From positions 1-45,733 of the forward strand of contig NJDO01000001.1 in the NCBI GenBank assembly GCA_002254385.1: a stretch of DNA of 45,733 nt, given 5' to 3'. The stretch comes from Thermoplasmatales archaeon ex4484_6. GTDB taxonomy: Archaea > Thermoplasmatota > Penumbrarchaeia > Penumbrarchaeales > Penumbrarchaeaceae. The translations under genes and the position numbers were made by a program. Under the pieces are notes generated by a model, which saw only the letters and a program-made list of their open reading frames with translations, ran no database searches and was not told the origin of the DNA. Positions 1-8,045 of the stretch are shown here, one piece after another; the first letter of the stretch is position 1, and each line of letters opens with the position of its first letter.

Positions 1-126
1 GTCATGGACTTGTCAACACTTCTAGCTTTCGGCTGGAAGGTTCCATGATCCGCTATTCATTTCCTATCTTGCAGGTTGCAACACCATGTATTATAATACC
101 AATATAATGAAAGCATTTCATTTAGA

Positions 127-205
127 TCCTGTCTCTTCGACTTAAACGCACAAAAGGAAGAAGGGAGGATCGGAGAGCCTTCCCGGGAAATCGCGAAGAG
201 CAGGA
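127..205. other. Possible structured RNA or regulatory element in a ~290-nt non-coding stretch
   Basis: TCCTGtCTCTTCG (127-139) pairs with CGAAGAGCAGGA (194-205), giving 12 Watson-Crick pairs with a 1-nt bulge. An inner hairpin pairs GGGAGG (163-168) with CTTCCC (179-184). I recognised no known RNA family. Confidence 0.2.
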
Positions 206-294
206 GGGGAGCTCGGAGGGATCGGATGAATAGGGAAGGTGAGCGAGCCCGGTTCACTCGATGATATCGTATCCTGTCAGTTTATCCATTCAGC

Positions 295-306
295 AAAGTA
301 TATATC
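295..306 (+). promoter_or_regulatory. TATA-like box for the GT2 gene
   Basis: AAAGTATATATC lies about 32-43 nt upstream of the ATG at 338. Confidence 0.45.
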
Positions 307-337
307 AATAATATCTCTACAACGGAGCTGAGGGCCC

Positions 338-1030
338 ATGAAGGTTAGCGTTGTGATCCCGACCCTGAACGAGGAGGATTCCATCGGTCAGACCCTGGAC
401 CAGATACCCAGGATGGAGGATATGGAGATCCTCATAGTGGATGGTCTCTCCACCGACAGGACCCGGGAGATAGCCGTATCCAGGGGGGCAAGGGTTGTGG
501 AGGAGAAAAGGAGGGGTTACGGTAGGGCCTACAAGACCGGCTTCAAGGAAGCTCTCGGCGACATCATAGTGACAATGGACGGGGACACCACATACCCCGC
601 GGAGCTCGTCCCCGAACTCGTGAGGACCCTTGAGGAGGAGAACCTCGATTTCATCTCCTGCGACAGGATAAGGAAAGCGGAGAAGGGTGCGTTCACCCCC
701 ACCCATGCCCTGGGCAACTGGATACTGAAGGTCACGACGAACATACTCTTCGGTCTTCACCTCAACGATTCCCAGACGGGGATGTGGTGCTTCCGAAAGA
801 GTATTTTGAAGAAGATGACGATAACATCTGACGGCATGCCCCTCTCCGAGGAGATAAAGATAGAGGCTTTTCGCCATCCTGAAATAAAGGCAAGGGAGAT
901 CTCCGTCCCGTATCGTGTAAGGGTGGGAGAGAAGGCGCTGAACACATGGAAGGACGGGCTGAGGAACGAGATGTTCCTGCTCAGGAAGCGGTTCCGCCCT
1001 TCAAAACTCGGTCCCGGGGAGAGCTTCTGA
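338..1030 (+). CDS. Family-2 glycosyltransferase (polyprenol/dolichol-phosphate sugar transferase-like)
   Basis: 230-aa ORF with a GT-A/GT2 N-terminus 'VSVVIPTLNEEDSI' and a DxD-type 'VTMDGDTTYP'. The ATG at 338 lies about 35 nt downstream of a TATA-like box. Confidence 0.85.
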   Translation: MKVSVVIPTLNEEDSIGQTLDQIPRMEDMEILIVDGLSTDRTREIAVSRGARVVEEKRRGYGRAYKTGFKEALGDIIVTMDGDTTYPAELVPELVRTLEEENLDFISCDRIRKAEKGAFTPTHALGNWILKVTTNILFGLHLNDSQTGMWCFRKSILKKMTITSDGMPLSEEIKIEAFRHPEIKAREISVPYRVRVGEKALNTWKDGLRNEMFLLRKRFRPSKLGPGESF

Positions 1031-1036
1031 GATCCG

Positions 1037-1291
1037 TCAGATCTCCACTCCGGGGATGGTCATTGTCTCCTCCACACCGGGAATCGTACGTATCTTCTCG
1101 AGAACTATCCGGGATATTTCCGGCAGGTCCCTTCCCTCTATCTTCGCGATCAGGTCGAATTCCCCGAAAAGGGGGATGAGCTCCTTTATCTCCTCCAATT
1201 TCATCAGGGTCCTGTATGTCTGAACCTCCGTCCTGGGATGTGTCTTGATGAAAATGAACCCTATGACCATGCGTACATGCATTCGATACAT
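1037..1291 (-). CDS. Stand-alone Lrp/AsnC-type ligand-binding (RAM) domain protein, with no HTH
   Basis: 84-aa ORF with an ATG start. The pattern 'IGFIFIKT...EVQ..Y..L..L..I.E...L.G.FDLIAKIE..D...I..IV.EKIR.I.GV..T.T' is typical of the AsnC_trans_reg/RAM fold. It is too short to carry a DNA-binding domain. It converges on the GT2 gene with a 6-nt gap. Confidence 0.6.
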   Translation of the reverse strand: MYRMHVRMVIGFIFIKTHPRTEVQTYRTLMKLEEIKELIPLFGEFDLIAKIEGRDLPEISRIVLEKIRTIPGVEETMTIPGVEI

Positions 1292-1301
1292 GATAGATAA
1301 T

Positions 1302-1326
1302 CGAACCGGTCAATTGTATCGGTTCG
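1302..1326. promoter_or_regulatory. Dyad symmetry element in the divergent region between the RAM-domain gene and the giant gene
   Basis: CGAACCG (1302-1308) and CGGTTCG (1320-1326) are inverted repeats flanking a spacer that contains the palindrome CAATTG. Confidence 0.3.
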
Positions 1327-1376
1327 GATGGAATTCTTTCGGATCCGTGGAGGATGTCTGCTCTTTTCGCGGAATG

Positions 1377-1384
1377 TTTAATAT
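1377..1384 (+). promoter_or_regulatory. TATA-like box (TTTAATAT) for the 1428 giant gene
   Basis: About 44 nt upstream of the GTG at 1428. GGGAGGG (1414-1420) lies in the predicted short leader. Confidence 0.4.
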
Positions 1385-1427
1385 CACTCCTATACCATCC
1401 GAATGGTAGTTCCGGGAGGGAAATGCC

Positions 1428-4400
1428 GTGAAGAGTTTACGATATTCCGTTCTTCTGATGGTCCTTGTTCTGGCCGCCGTCGATCTTGGTCTGCCCGCCT
1501 CATCCGATATGGTATCACATGAAAGGGGGAGCCCGGCAAGGGAGCTCTCCCCGTCCGGACCGATACGGATCGAAAGCGATACGGATTTCAACGCGACCGC
1601 TGCTGCGGAGGGATGGCCCGGTAACGGTTCTCCCGATTCACCATACATCATCGAGAACCTCGATATAGATGCGAACGGAGCCGATAATGCCGTGATGATC
1701 AGCAATACAACTTATGATTTCATCATCAGGAACTGCATAATGAGAGGGGCAGGATCGAATGGATATCGGATCGGCGCGGGTATGGGCATTCTGATCGATA
1801 ACGTTCTGAACGGAACTATCGAATCGAATGAATTCGTGGACAACCTGAATGGAGGAATATATCTTCGCAACTCCAGGAAGATGATCGTGAGGAACTGCAC
1901 GGTATCGGGGGACGAGGGATACATTGGCCTGGTCGGAGAGGCCCTGCAAGAGGTAAGGATAGAGGACTGCAGCTTCCGGCTCAGCCATGGAAACGGTATA
2001 TTCGTATCTTCCTCGTCCAGCATCATACTGAAGAACAACCATATCCCCCGGCCGCTCGAATACGGTATGAGCATCCGTTCAAGTTCGGATATGCTGCTGC
2101 AGGAGAATACTATCGGTAGTGGCGATCGTTTTTCCCTGCTTCTTTACATGGTTGTGAACAGCAGGATGTACTCGAACCGTCTTCTCGGGACCAGGTTGTC
2201 TGTCTCGATATTCCCTCCGTTCTTCGGAACACTGGAGATCCCCCCTAACAATACGGTTGACGGGGCTCCGATCTACTTCTTCAAGAACGGCGATTTCTCG
2301 GGGGAAAGGGTTCCCCTGGATGCGGGCCAGGTCATAATTCTGAACGTGACGGGGTTGGAGGTTGCCGGGCTTCGTTTTCACGGGTCCGGTAATGCAGTGA
2401 CCATTTCGTCATCATCAGGGATCCTTCTGGATTCCAATATCTATGAAGGAATTGATTCTCCCGTCTACTCGGAAGCCGTTATTATTGCCCAAACGATCGA
2501 TGGCCTTGTAATAAGGAACCAATCGATGACCGACATCGGGATTTACGGGATCGATCTGATCGAATGCAACGATGTCCGGATAGAGGAATGCATGTTCGAG
2601 AACGTATCGACTCCGATCCGGGCGTCCGGTGGTGGGAACCTTTCCGTGTGGAACAACACGATGAACGGGTCCGACCAGGGCGTTCGTCTTGAAAGGGTTG
2701 AGGATGTCCTCCTGGCTTCGAATCATGTAAAGGGATTCTCATCAGCGGGGATGTATGCAAACAGCTGCCTGAAGCTGAACGTGACCAATAACACTCTAAC
2801 TGGAGACGATAACCTTCATGACGGGTCCTCTGGTATCCGCATTGTTACATCGAAAGATATTCTCCTTTCCGAAAATACGGTGGAACGTGCTGGTAGAGGG
2901 ATCGTTATCTCGGGGGATCTTTTTATCCTCTCTTCCGGGATCCGGGTTTTCTCTAACATCATCCGGGACATGAACGGAACCGGACTGGAGATAATTATGT
3001 CGAGGGATTGCCTCGTCCGATCGAATCTGTTCTTCAATAATTCCGCCTTCGGAACGAGTCTTTCCGATGTGGAGAATGCAACAATGCTTTCGAACACCTT
3101 CATCGCGAATAATGGTGCAGGCGAGGAGTATTCCACATTGACCATACAGGCGTCCCAGCAGGGAAGCTCCTGCGTCTGGTCCGTCGATGGAAGAGGCAAT
3201 CACTGGAGCGATTGGACATCACCCGATGAGGACTTGGACGGCATAGTGGACCTCCCTTACCTCATATTCGGTTCGACCGTGTACGACGAATACCCGGTCA
3301 CGGAACCCATGTTCACATTTCTATCGGCACCCTCCTCCTTTGAGGTCCTTAGCGGAAGGGATTCCGTCGAGCTTCATTTTTCCAGGCCGGTCTTCGATCT
3401 TGATGGGTCCTTTTACGGATACCTGGTATTCAGAAGTACCGGGGAGGAGGGGAACTGGACATCCATGTTCCTCGGGTCCTCCCGAACCATGTTCCTGGAC
3501 GAGGACGTGGAGGACGGCCAGGTCTACCATTACTACATGAGAGCACTGAACAGGTACGGAGAGGGAAATAGGACCCGCATCCTAACCGCTGTACCGGATT
3601 CCTCCCCTCCCGCCGTGACCATCATTTCACCCGAAGAGGGAGCCGTGGAAGGAAATGCGGAAGTGGACGTATCCTGGAATATGACGGACAATATCGGGGT
3701 GACGGAGGTTCTCATCTCCCTGGACGGCGGTGCAATGATGGATGCGGGTTTGGGAACAAGCTTCCATCTATCGAACCTTACGGAGGGCCCCCACTCGGTT
3801 CGGATCCTTGTATTTGACGCCCTGATGAACAACGCCTCGGCCATTGTAAATTTCACGGTGGACATATCCCCTCCCGGGGTCGTCATACTGCAGCCCCGGA
3901 ACGGGACCGTTCTCAACATGACCGTGATCCATGTTCGATGGGACGGCACCGATGATGTCTCGAAAATATCCCGCTATCTCCTGAAACTTGACGACGGCCC
4001 GTGGTCCGATATGGGGAATTCCACCGAGGCCGATGTGGATGCGGGATCTCCTGGCATTCATGTTGTCCGGTTGAAGGCAGTGGACGTGGCCGGTCATGAA
4101 TACACGGCTGCGGTGGAGGTCCTCGTGGACATTGCTCCACCGGAGCTTTTCATCTCCTACCCGCCCGACGGATACAGCACGACCTCCTCGACGGTGAAGA
4201 TCTTCTGGGTGGCATATGACAGGGACAGTGCCATGGCCTCTTTCGAGCTCCGTCTCGACGGTGAGCTTGTCGGGGAGCTGCCGGCCGGTGCATCCAACCA
4301 TACCCTGACCGGTCTGACCGTGGGCAGCCATATCCTGATGTTGAGCGGTCGGGACATCGCGGGAAACATGAGGACGTCGATCATCAGCTTCGAGGTCATC

Positions 4401-4826
4401 GAAGAGGTGCATGAAGCCGAACTCGTGGTGATATCCGGCCGAATTGTTGACAGCGATGGCAATCCCGTAGGTGGTGCCAGGATAGAGTCGGGTACCGGTG
4501 AGGGTGCGATCAGCGATTCCGGGGGATACTTCTTCATCGAAATGGAGAGGGGTATCGTGACCCTCACCATCACCAGGAAGGGATACAAGGATGTGTACAT
4601 CAATATCGACGCCAGATACGATGGCAATGAATCATTGGATGACATCGTGATGGAGAAGGAGAGGGAAGAGGACAATGATTCAGCATTGGTTGAATTATTC
4701 CGTTCCAATACATACTGCCAGGTCTGCTGCGGGGCGTTGATAATCGTTCCGATCTTTCTCATGCTCCTGGGACTTCTTGCACGGTCCAGGTCGAGATCAA
4801 GGAAGAGAAGGGAATATGAGGAATAG
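1428..4826 (+). CDS. Giant surface protein: signal peptide, right-handed beta-helix (NosD/PbH1-like), Fn3-like domain, 3 Ig-like modules, CarboxypepD_reg-like domain, C-terminal TM anchor
   Basis: 1132-aa ORF with a GTG start at 1428, 7 nt downstream of GGGAGGG. Signal peptide 'MKSLRYSVLLMVLVLAAVDLGLPASS'. Repeated 'N..I..N.I..N..GI' beta-helix turns. NosD-type end motif 'GNHWSDWTSPDEDLDGIVDLPY'. 'ISGRIVDSDGNPVGGARIE' matches CarboxypepD_reg. Terminal TM 'ALIIVPIFLMLLGLLA' followed by 'RSRSRSRKRREYEE'. Many N-x-S/T sequons. Confidence 0.85.
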   Translation: MKSLRYSVLLMVLVLAAVDLGLPASSDMVSHERGSPARELSPSGPIRIESDTDFNATAAAEGWPGNGSPDSPYIIENLDIDANGADNAVMISNTTYDFIIRNCIMRGAGSNGYRIGAGMGILIDNVLNGTIESNEFVDNLNGGIYLRNSRKMIVRNCTVSGDEGYIGLVGEALQEVRIEDCSFRLSHGNGIFVSSSSSIILKNNHIPRPLEYGMSIRSSSDMLLQENTIGSGDRFSLLLYMVVNSRMYSNRLLGTRLSVSIFPPFFGTLEIPPNNTVDGAPIYFFKNGDFSGERVPLDAGQVIILNVTGLEVAGLRFHGSGNAVTISSSSGILLDSNIYEGIDSPVYSEAVIIAQTIDGLVIRNQSMTDIGIYGIDLIECNDVRIEECMFENVSTPIRASGGGNLSVWNNTMNGSDQGVRLERVEDVLLASNHVKGFSSAGMYANSCLKLNVTNNTLTGDDNLHDGSSGIRIVTSKDILLSENTVERAGRGIVISGDLFILSSGIRVFSNIIRDMNGTGLEIIMSRDCLVRSNLFFNNSAFGTSLSDVENATMLSNTFIANNGAGEEYSTLTIQASQQGSSCVWSVDGRGNHWSDWTSPDEDLDGIVDLPYLIFGSTVYDEYPVTEPMFTFLSAPSSFEVLSGRDSVELHFSRPVFDLDGSFYGYLVFRSTGEEGNWTSMFLGSSRTMFLDEDVEDGQVYHYYMRALNRYGEGNRTRILTAVPDSSPPAVTIISPEEGAVEGNAEVDVSWNMTDNIGVTEVLISLDGGAMMDAGLGTSFHLSNLTEGPHSVRILVFDALMNNASAIVNFTVDISPPGVVILQPRNGTVLNMTVIHVRWDGTDDVSKISRYLLKLDDGPWSDMGNSTEADVDAGSPGIHVVRLKAVDVAGHEYTAAVEVLVDIAPPELFISYPPDGYSTTSSTVKIFWVAYDRDSAMASFELRLDGELVGELPAGASNHTLTGLTVGSHILMLSGRDIAGNMRTSIISFEVIEEVHEAELVVISGRIVDSDGNPVGGARIESGTGEGAISDSGGYFFIEMERGIVTLTITRKGYKDVYINIDARYDGNESLDDIVMEKEREEDNDSALVELFRSNTYCQVCCGALIIVPIFLMLLGLLARSRSRSRKRREYEE
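3600..4397 (+). repeat. Three tandem ~88-89-aa Ig-like modules (coding repeats) inside the 1428-4826 gene
   Basis: Residues 725-812, 813-901 and 902-990 each start x-x-P-P-x-V/L-x-I and end F-x-V-D/E. They share internal W, D..S.I..Y.L.LDG and AxDxAGN-like positions. Confidence 0.7.
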
Positions 4827-4957
4827 GGAGAGCGGTTAATCAAATCAGATAATAATAAATAAGAAAAGCAACTTGCCACAAAAGCCCCGCCGGATATTCG
4901 TCGTATCCATTTCGCGGGGAAGACAGGGAGATGTGCCCTGAAAGGGGTGAATCCAAA

Positions 4958-4968
4958 GGAAGTGATCC
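4958..4968 (+). promoter_or_regulatory. Shine-Dalgarno GGAAGTGATCC upstream of rpl15e
   Basis: One mismatch to GGAGGTGATCC, the complement of the conserved 16S rRNA 3' end. The identical 11-mer precedes hutH at 17821-17831. Confidence 0.6.
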
Positions 4969-4970
4969 GC

Positions 4971-5585
4971 ATGTCGAAATCGGTTTATGGTTATATTTCC
5001 GAAGCATGGAAGAGACCCTATGATGGCGAGATGAAAGAGCTGAACCGTCAGAGGTTGATAGAGTGGAGGCACGGTCCGACCTTTGAGAGGGTGGACCGCC
5101 CCCTGCGGCTGGACCGCGCAAGGGCCCTGGGTTACAGGGCCAAGCAGGGCTATGTCATCGTAAGGGCCAAGGTAAGGAAGGGTTCCCTCAGGAAGAGGGC
5201 CATTCGAAAGGGTCGAAGGGCCAAGCGAAGGGGTCTTATCAGGATGAGGGTCAACAAGAATCTCCAGAGGATAGCCGAGGAGAGGGTGGCAAAACGCCAT
5301 TCGAACATGGAGGTCCTCAATTCCTATCTGGTTGGAGAGGACGGGAAGCACAAATTCTATGAGGTCATACTCGTGGACCCCCATCACCCCGCGATAGTCA
5401 AGGATCCCAAGATGGGATGGATCCACGAGGTCCAGCATACCGGAAGGGTCTACAGGGGCCTCACGTCCGCCGGAAAGAAGAGCAGGGGTCTGAGGAACAA
5501 GGGCATTGGTGCAGAGAAGAACAGACCCTCCGTGGCAAGGCACAAGCACAGAAAGAGACCCGGGAAGAAGGTCAGATTCAGCTGA
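4971..5585 (+). CDS. rpl15e: 50S ribosomal protein L15e
   Basis: 'MSKSVYGYISEAWKRP...RLIEWR...RVDRPLRLDRARALGYRAKQGYVIVRAKVRKG' is the conserved L15e N-terminus. I chose the ATG at 4971 over the ORF-track GTG at 4947 because GGAAGTGATCC (4958-4968) sits immediately upstream. Confidence 0.95.
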   Translation: MSKSVYGYISEAWKRPYDGEMKELNRQRLIEWRHGPTFERVDRPLRLDRARALGYRAKQGYVIVRAKVRKGSLRKRAIRKGRRAKRRGLIRMRVNKNLQRIAEERVAKRHSNMEVLNSYLVGEDGKHKFYEVILVDPHHPAIVKDPKMGWIHEVQHTGRVYRGLTSAGKKSRGLRNKGIGAEKNRPSVARHKHRKRPGKKVRFS

Positions 5586-5596
5586 TCCGTGGATGA

Positions 5597-7096
5597 TCAA
5601 ACGAGTCGTTCCGGGCACTGGTCCCTTCTGGAGCAGTGCCTGCATTTCCCCTCTCGCTCATGGTTCCTGTGAGCCTCTCCCGTCCTCTCGGCCTCCCTTA
5701 TCTCCGAAACCTTGGAGAGAACCATCGCTTTCAGAAGCATGTCCCATTCCACTTTATGCCTGGTCCTGTTTCCGTTGGGCGGAACGTACTCGATGTAACC
5801 GTAAGGGGTTTCCTGATGGATGTTCACATCTATGAGCAGCAGGTAGACACCCAGCTGCATCACATGGCTGAAGTGGGGTTTGACAGGTGCCCGTCCGGTC
5901 TTTATCTCGACAGGGATCATCTTTCCGTGTTCCTCGATTATTATATCCGGGGAACCCACGAGATAATGCTTCTTCGAGGTAAGGGGTTTCCCCCTCATTC
6001 CCGAACCGATGTCATCCGCCATTTTCACGTGTGAGTTCACCGGCAGGCCGGCCGCTCCTTTGGCATCGTGGGCTTCCCGGTCGTATCTAGCTCCCTTGAC
6101 GAGGAAGAATACGGCCCCGATCAACCACAATCCGGCCATGATAATGCTTATCATGCCATAGTCCTCGAGATGTTCTCCCCTGGCAAGGAATGCCATCACC
6201 ATGAAGATCGAGGCCACGAGCGCCATCGTTGTCACGGGCAGGCTGCCCTTTCTACCTTTGCCACCCGCATTCACTCCCTTTCTCGACATCCGGATGATGT
6301 CAAAGACGAGAGCCCCCAGGAACCAAACGAGGGACAGGGAGAGGAACACCCATCCGAACGTTCCGTTCGGGTCTATCCTGTCGGACCATATTATGAAAAG
6401 AACGGAGATGGATACGACGAGCATGAGCACGAGCGGCATTCCAATGCTCAGCTCCCTTTTTTCCCTGCCTGTCTTTCTTGCACGGATGAACGAGGCAAAA
6501 TACACTATGAGAACACCGTAAAGGAACAGCAGCGAGGTTGTCAGTACGGTGACTATGATATCATTCGGCATTCCGAGTGGGCGAAGGAGTACCACCCCGT
6601 TGATGAGCAGTATCAGGCCCAGCACGTAGGAGAGGACCGGAAGGAATCTCCCCGTGCTCCTGCTGAATTCCATTCTCCTGATCGTATTTATGAATCCGGT
6701 CATCGGGCCTTTTCTTCCGGAAAAAGGGGTCAGAATGTATATGGTCGTGGAGATGAGCAGCAGCAGAATGGAAACGATGATGACAACGATCCTCCACAAA
6801 GTTCCTTTCAGGAATCCGACATTGGTGAGGAGTATGAGGAGAAATGCCATCATGATGATGATGGCGGAGAATGAGAGGAATGCCATTGTGATGGTCCGTG
6901 CCTTCCTCGATTCCTCCTCGCGGGATATTATTCGGGTGATCTCCCTCCCGATCCGCTCATGGGCCTTTCTGCCCTCCGTCAAAGGTATGGAAGAGCCGGT
7001 TCTTCCCTGCCTCTCGATCAGCCAGGAAACGGGACAGTAGGACCATCTCTCGACCTCGGATGCCGAGATAAGCCTGTCGGGATCCCATTCTGCCAT
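5597..7096 (-). CDS. Cas4/DUF83-family PD-(D/E)XK nuclease interrupted by an 8-TM membrane domain
   Basis: ORF-track numbering from the TTG at 7105. Hallmarks: 'SEVERWSYCPVSWLIE' (C24), 'GRKAHERIG', eight hydrophobic segments across residues 72-337, 'GSPDIIIEEHGKMIPVEIKTG' (D387/E400/K402), 'QLGVY' (Q417/Y421) and C488-x2-C491-x5-C497. I prefer the ATG at 7096 because the TATA-like ATATATAT (7121-7128) is 25-32 nt upstream, which suggests a leaderless transcript. Confidence 0.8.
   Translation of the reverse strand: MAEWDPDRLISASEVERWSYCPVSWLIERQGRTGSSIPLTEGRKAHERIGREITRIISREEESRKARTITMAFLSFSAIIIMMAFLLILLTNVGFLKGTLWRIVVIIVSILLLLISTTIYILTPFSGRKGPMTGFINTIRRMEFSRSTGRFLPVLSYVLGLILLINGVVLLRPLGMPNDIIVTVLTTSLLFLYGVLIVYFASFIRARKTGREKRELSIGMPLVLMLVVSISVLFIIWSDRIDPNGTFGWVFLSLSLVWFLGALVFDIIRMSRKGVNAGGKGRKGSLPVTTMALVASIFMVMAFLARGEHLEDYGMISIIMAGLWLIGAVFFLVKGARYDREAHDAKGAAGLPVNSHVKMADDIGSGMRGKPLTSKKHYLVGSPDIIIEEHGKMIPVEIKTGRAPVKPHFSHVMQLGVYLLLIDVNIHQETPYGYIEYVPPNGNRTRHKVEWDMLLKAMVLSKVSEIREAERTGEAHRNHEREGKCRHCSRRDQCPERLV
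6095..6892 (-). other. Membrane insertion (about 8 predicted TM helices) splitting the Cas4-like fold
   Basis: Hydrophobic 20-25-aa stretches separated by short R/K-rich loops, for example 'AFLSFSAIIIMMAFLLILL', 'IVVIIVSILLLLISTTIYIL', 'VLSYVLGLILLINGVVLL', 'IIVTVLTTSLLFLYGVLIVYFASF', 'MPLVLMLVVSISVLFIIW', 'WVFLSLSLVWFLGALVF', 'TTMALVASIFMVMAFLA' and 'ISIIMAGLWLIGAVFFLV'. Confidence 0.7.
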
Positions 7097-7120
7097 TGTT
7101 TTCAATAGAGAAGGGGGGGC

Positions 7121-7128
7121 ATATATAT
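7121..7128 (-). promoter_or_regulatory. TATA box (ATATATAT) for the membrane Cas4-like gene
   Basis: 25-32 nt upstream of the ATG at 7096 on the coding strand, which is leaderless geometry. Confidence 0.5.
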
Positions 7129-7395
7129 CGTTTTGTCATTTTTCCATCCCATGTGAATAAGCCCGTCCAGCAAGTGATCCTGCTGAATACCTGCATGCGG
7201 CGGTCGAACGACCTCGAATGCCGGTGTTCCTAATGCTCGCTCGATGTCTGATATACCCGGGATCGGGGGGAAAGATGGACCTGTCATGAATTCCTGCCAG
7301 CAACTCGTTCGGACATCCGGATCATTCGATACTTCATGGATCTTGTTCTTCATACCTGCGGGGCCGTGAAAACGTAGGTACCGGCAGCTCCGGAC

Positions 7396-7914
7396 ATGAA
7401 TCAGGAAAACAATTATTATCAATCAGGATTGTTGACACTCATGGATCGGACAAGGTTTCTTTCCTTCTCGATACTGTCCGTTTTTCTTATCACAATCATC
7501 GTCATAGGTGTGTTCCTCCATTATCCTTTGAATCTCATCGTTGATGGGATCGCCCTTGCAGTGGTCGGAATTGCCGCCCTTGTCTATATTGTGATATGGT
7601 CCTTCCTGGGAGACAGGATAGTCGTACATGATGACCACATGAAGGTGATGACGAGGAGATTTCCCATATGGTCGATCAAGGAAAGAGTGATCTACTTCCA
7701 TGAGGTGTCCCATTACATTGTTAACGGCTCCGATATGATACTGCTCACGAAAAAGGAGGATATCTTTCATATTTACAAACCGGAATCGGAGAAAGGAATG
7801 AGGATCCACGATCTTCCGGCAATCATGGAGAGGAAGGGGATTACAAGGATGGCCTACAAGGACTTCATAAAAAAGAAGAGCGGGAAAAAGGGCAGCTACA
7901 TGACGAAGATCTGA
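7396..7914 (+). CDS. Hypothetical membrane protein: 2 TM helices plus a ~100-aa cytoplasmic beta-rich domain (bacterial-PH-like topology)
   Basis: 172-aa ORF with an ATG start. TM helices 'FLSFSILSVFLITIIVIGVFL' and 'GIALAVVGIAALVYIVIWSFL', with a Lys-rich C-terminus. Visibly more A/T-rich than its neighbours. I recognised no catalytic motif. Confidence 0.6.
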   Translation: MNQENNYYQSGLLTLMDRTRFLSFSILSVFLITIIVIGVFLHYPLNLIVDGIALAVVGIAALVYIVIWSFLGDRIVVHDDHMKVMTRRFPIWSIKERVIYFHEVSHYIVNGSDMILLTKKEDIFHIYKPESEKGMRIHDLPAIMERKGITRMAYKDFIKKKSGKKGSYMTKI

Positions 7915-8045
7915 TAGTTCGAGATGCCATCAATCCAAACGGCTCGTCTTGAGAATAATATGGCAAATTTTTGTACATTCATCCCGGAATCCGCATCCAT
8001 TAAATATCATTTAACTGATGATATTCATCAAACGGGGGAAAAGCA

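Noticed and set aside
57-257. A 66-aa minus-strand ORF at the window start, plus a 15-codon plus-strand frame ending at 48 (a possible 3' end of an upstream gene).
   Set aside because: The 66-aa product is low-complexity (R/S/L-rich) with no promoter or SD evidence. The 15-codon fragment is too short to support any call.
7102-7353. An 83-106-aa minus-strand ORF just upstream of the Cas4-like gene, considered as a possible co-transcribed partner.
   Set aside because: The Cas4-like gene's own TATA box (7121-7128) lies inside this ORF's 3' end, which argues against co-transcription. There is no recognisable motif, no TATA or SD of its own, and the ORF-track start is a TTG. I keep it only as an unexplained part of the long spacer.
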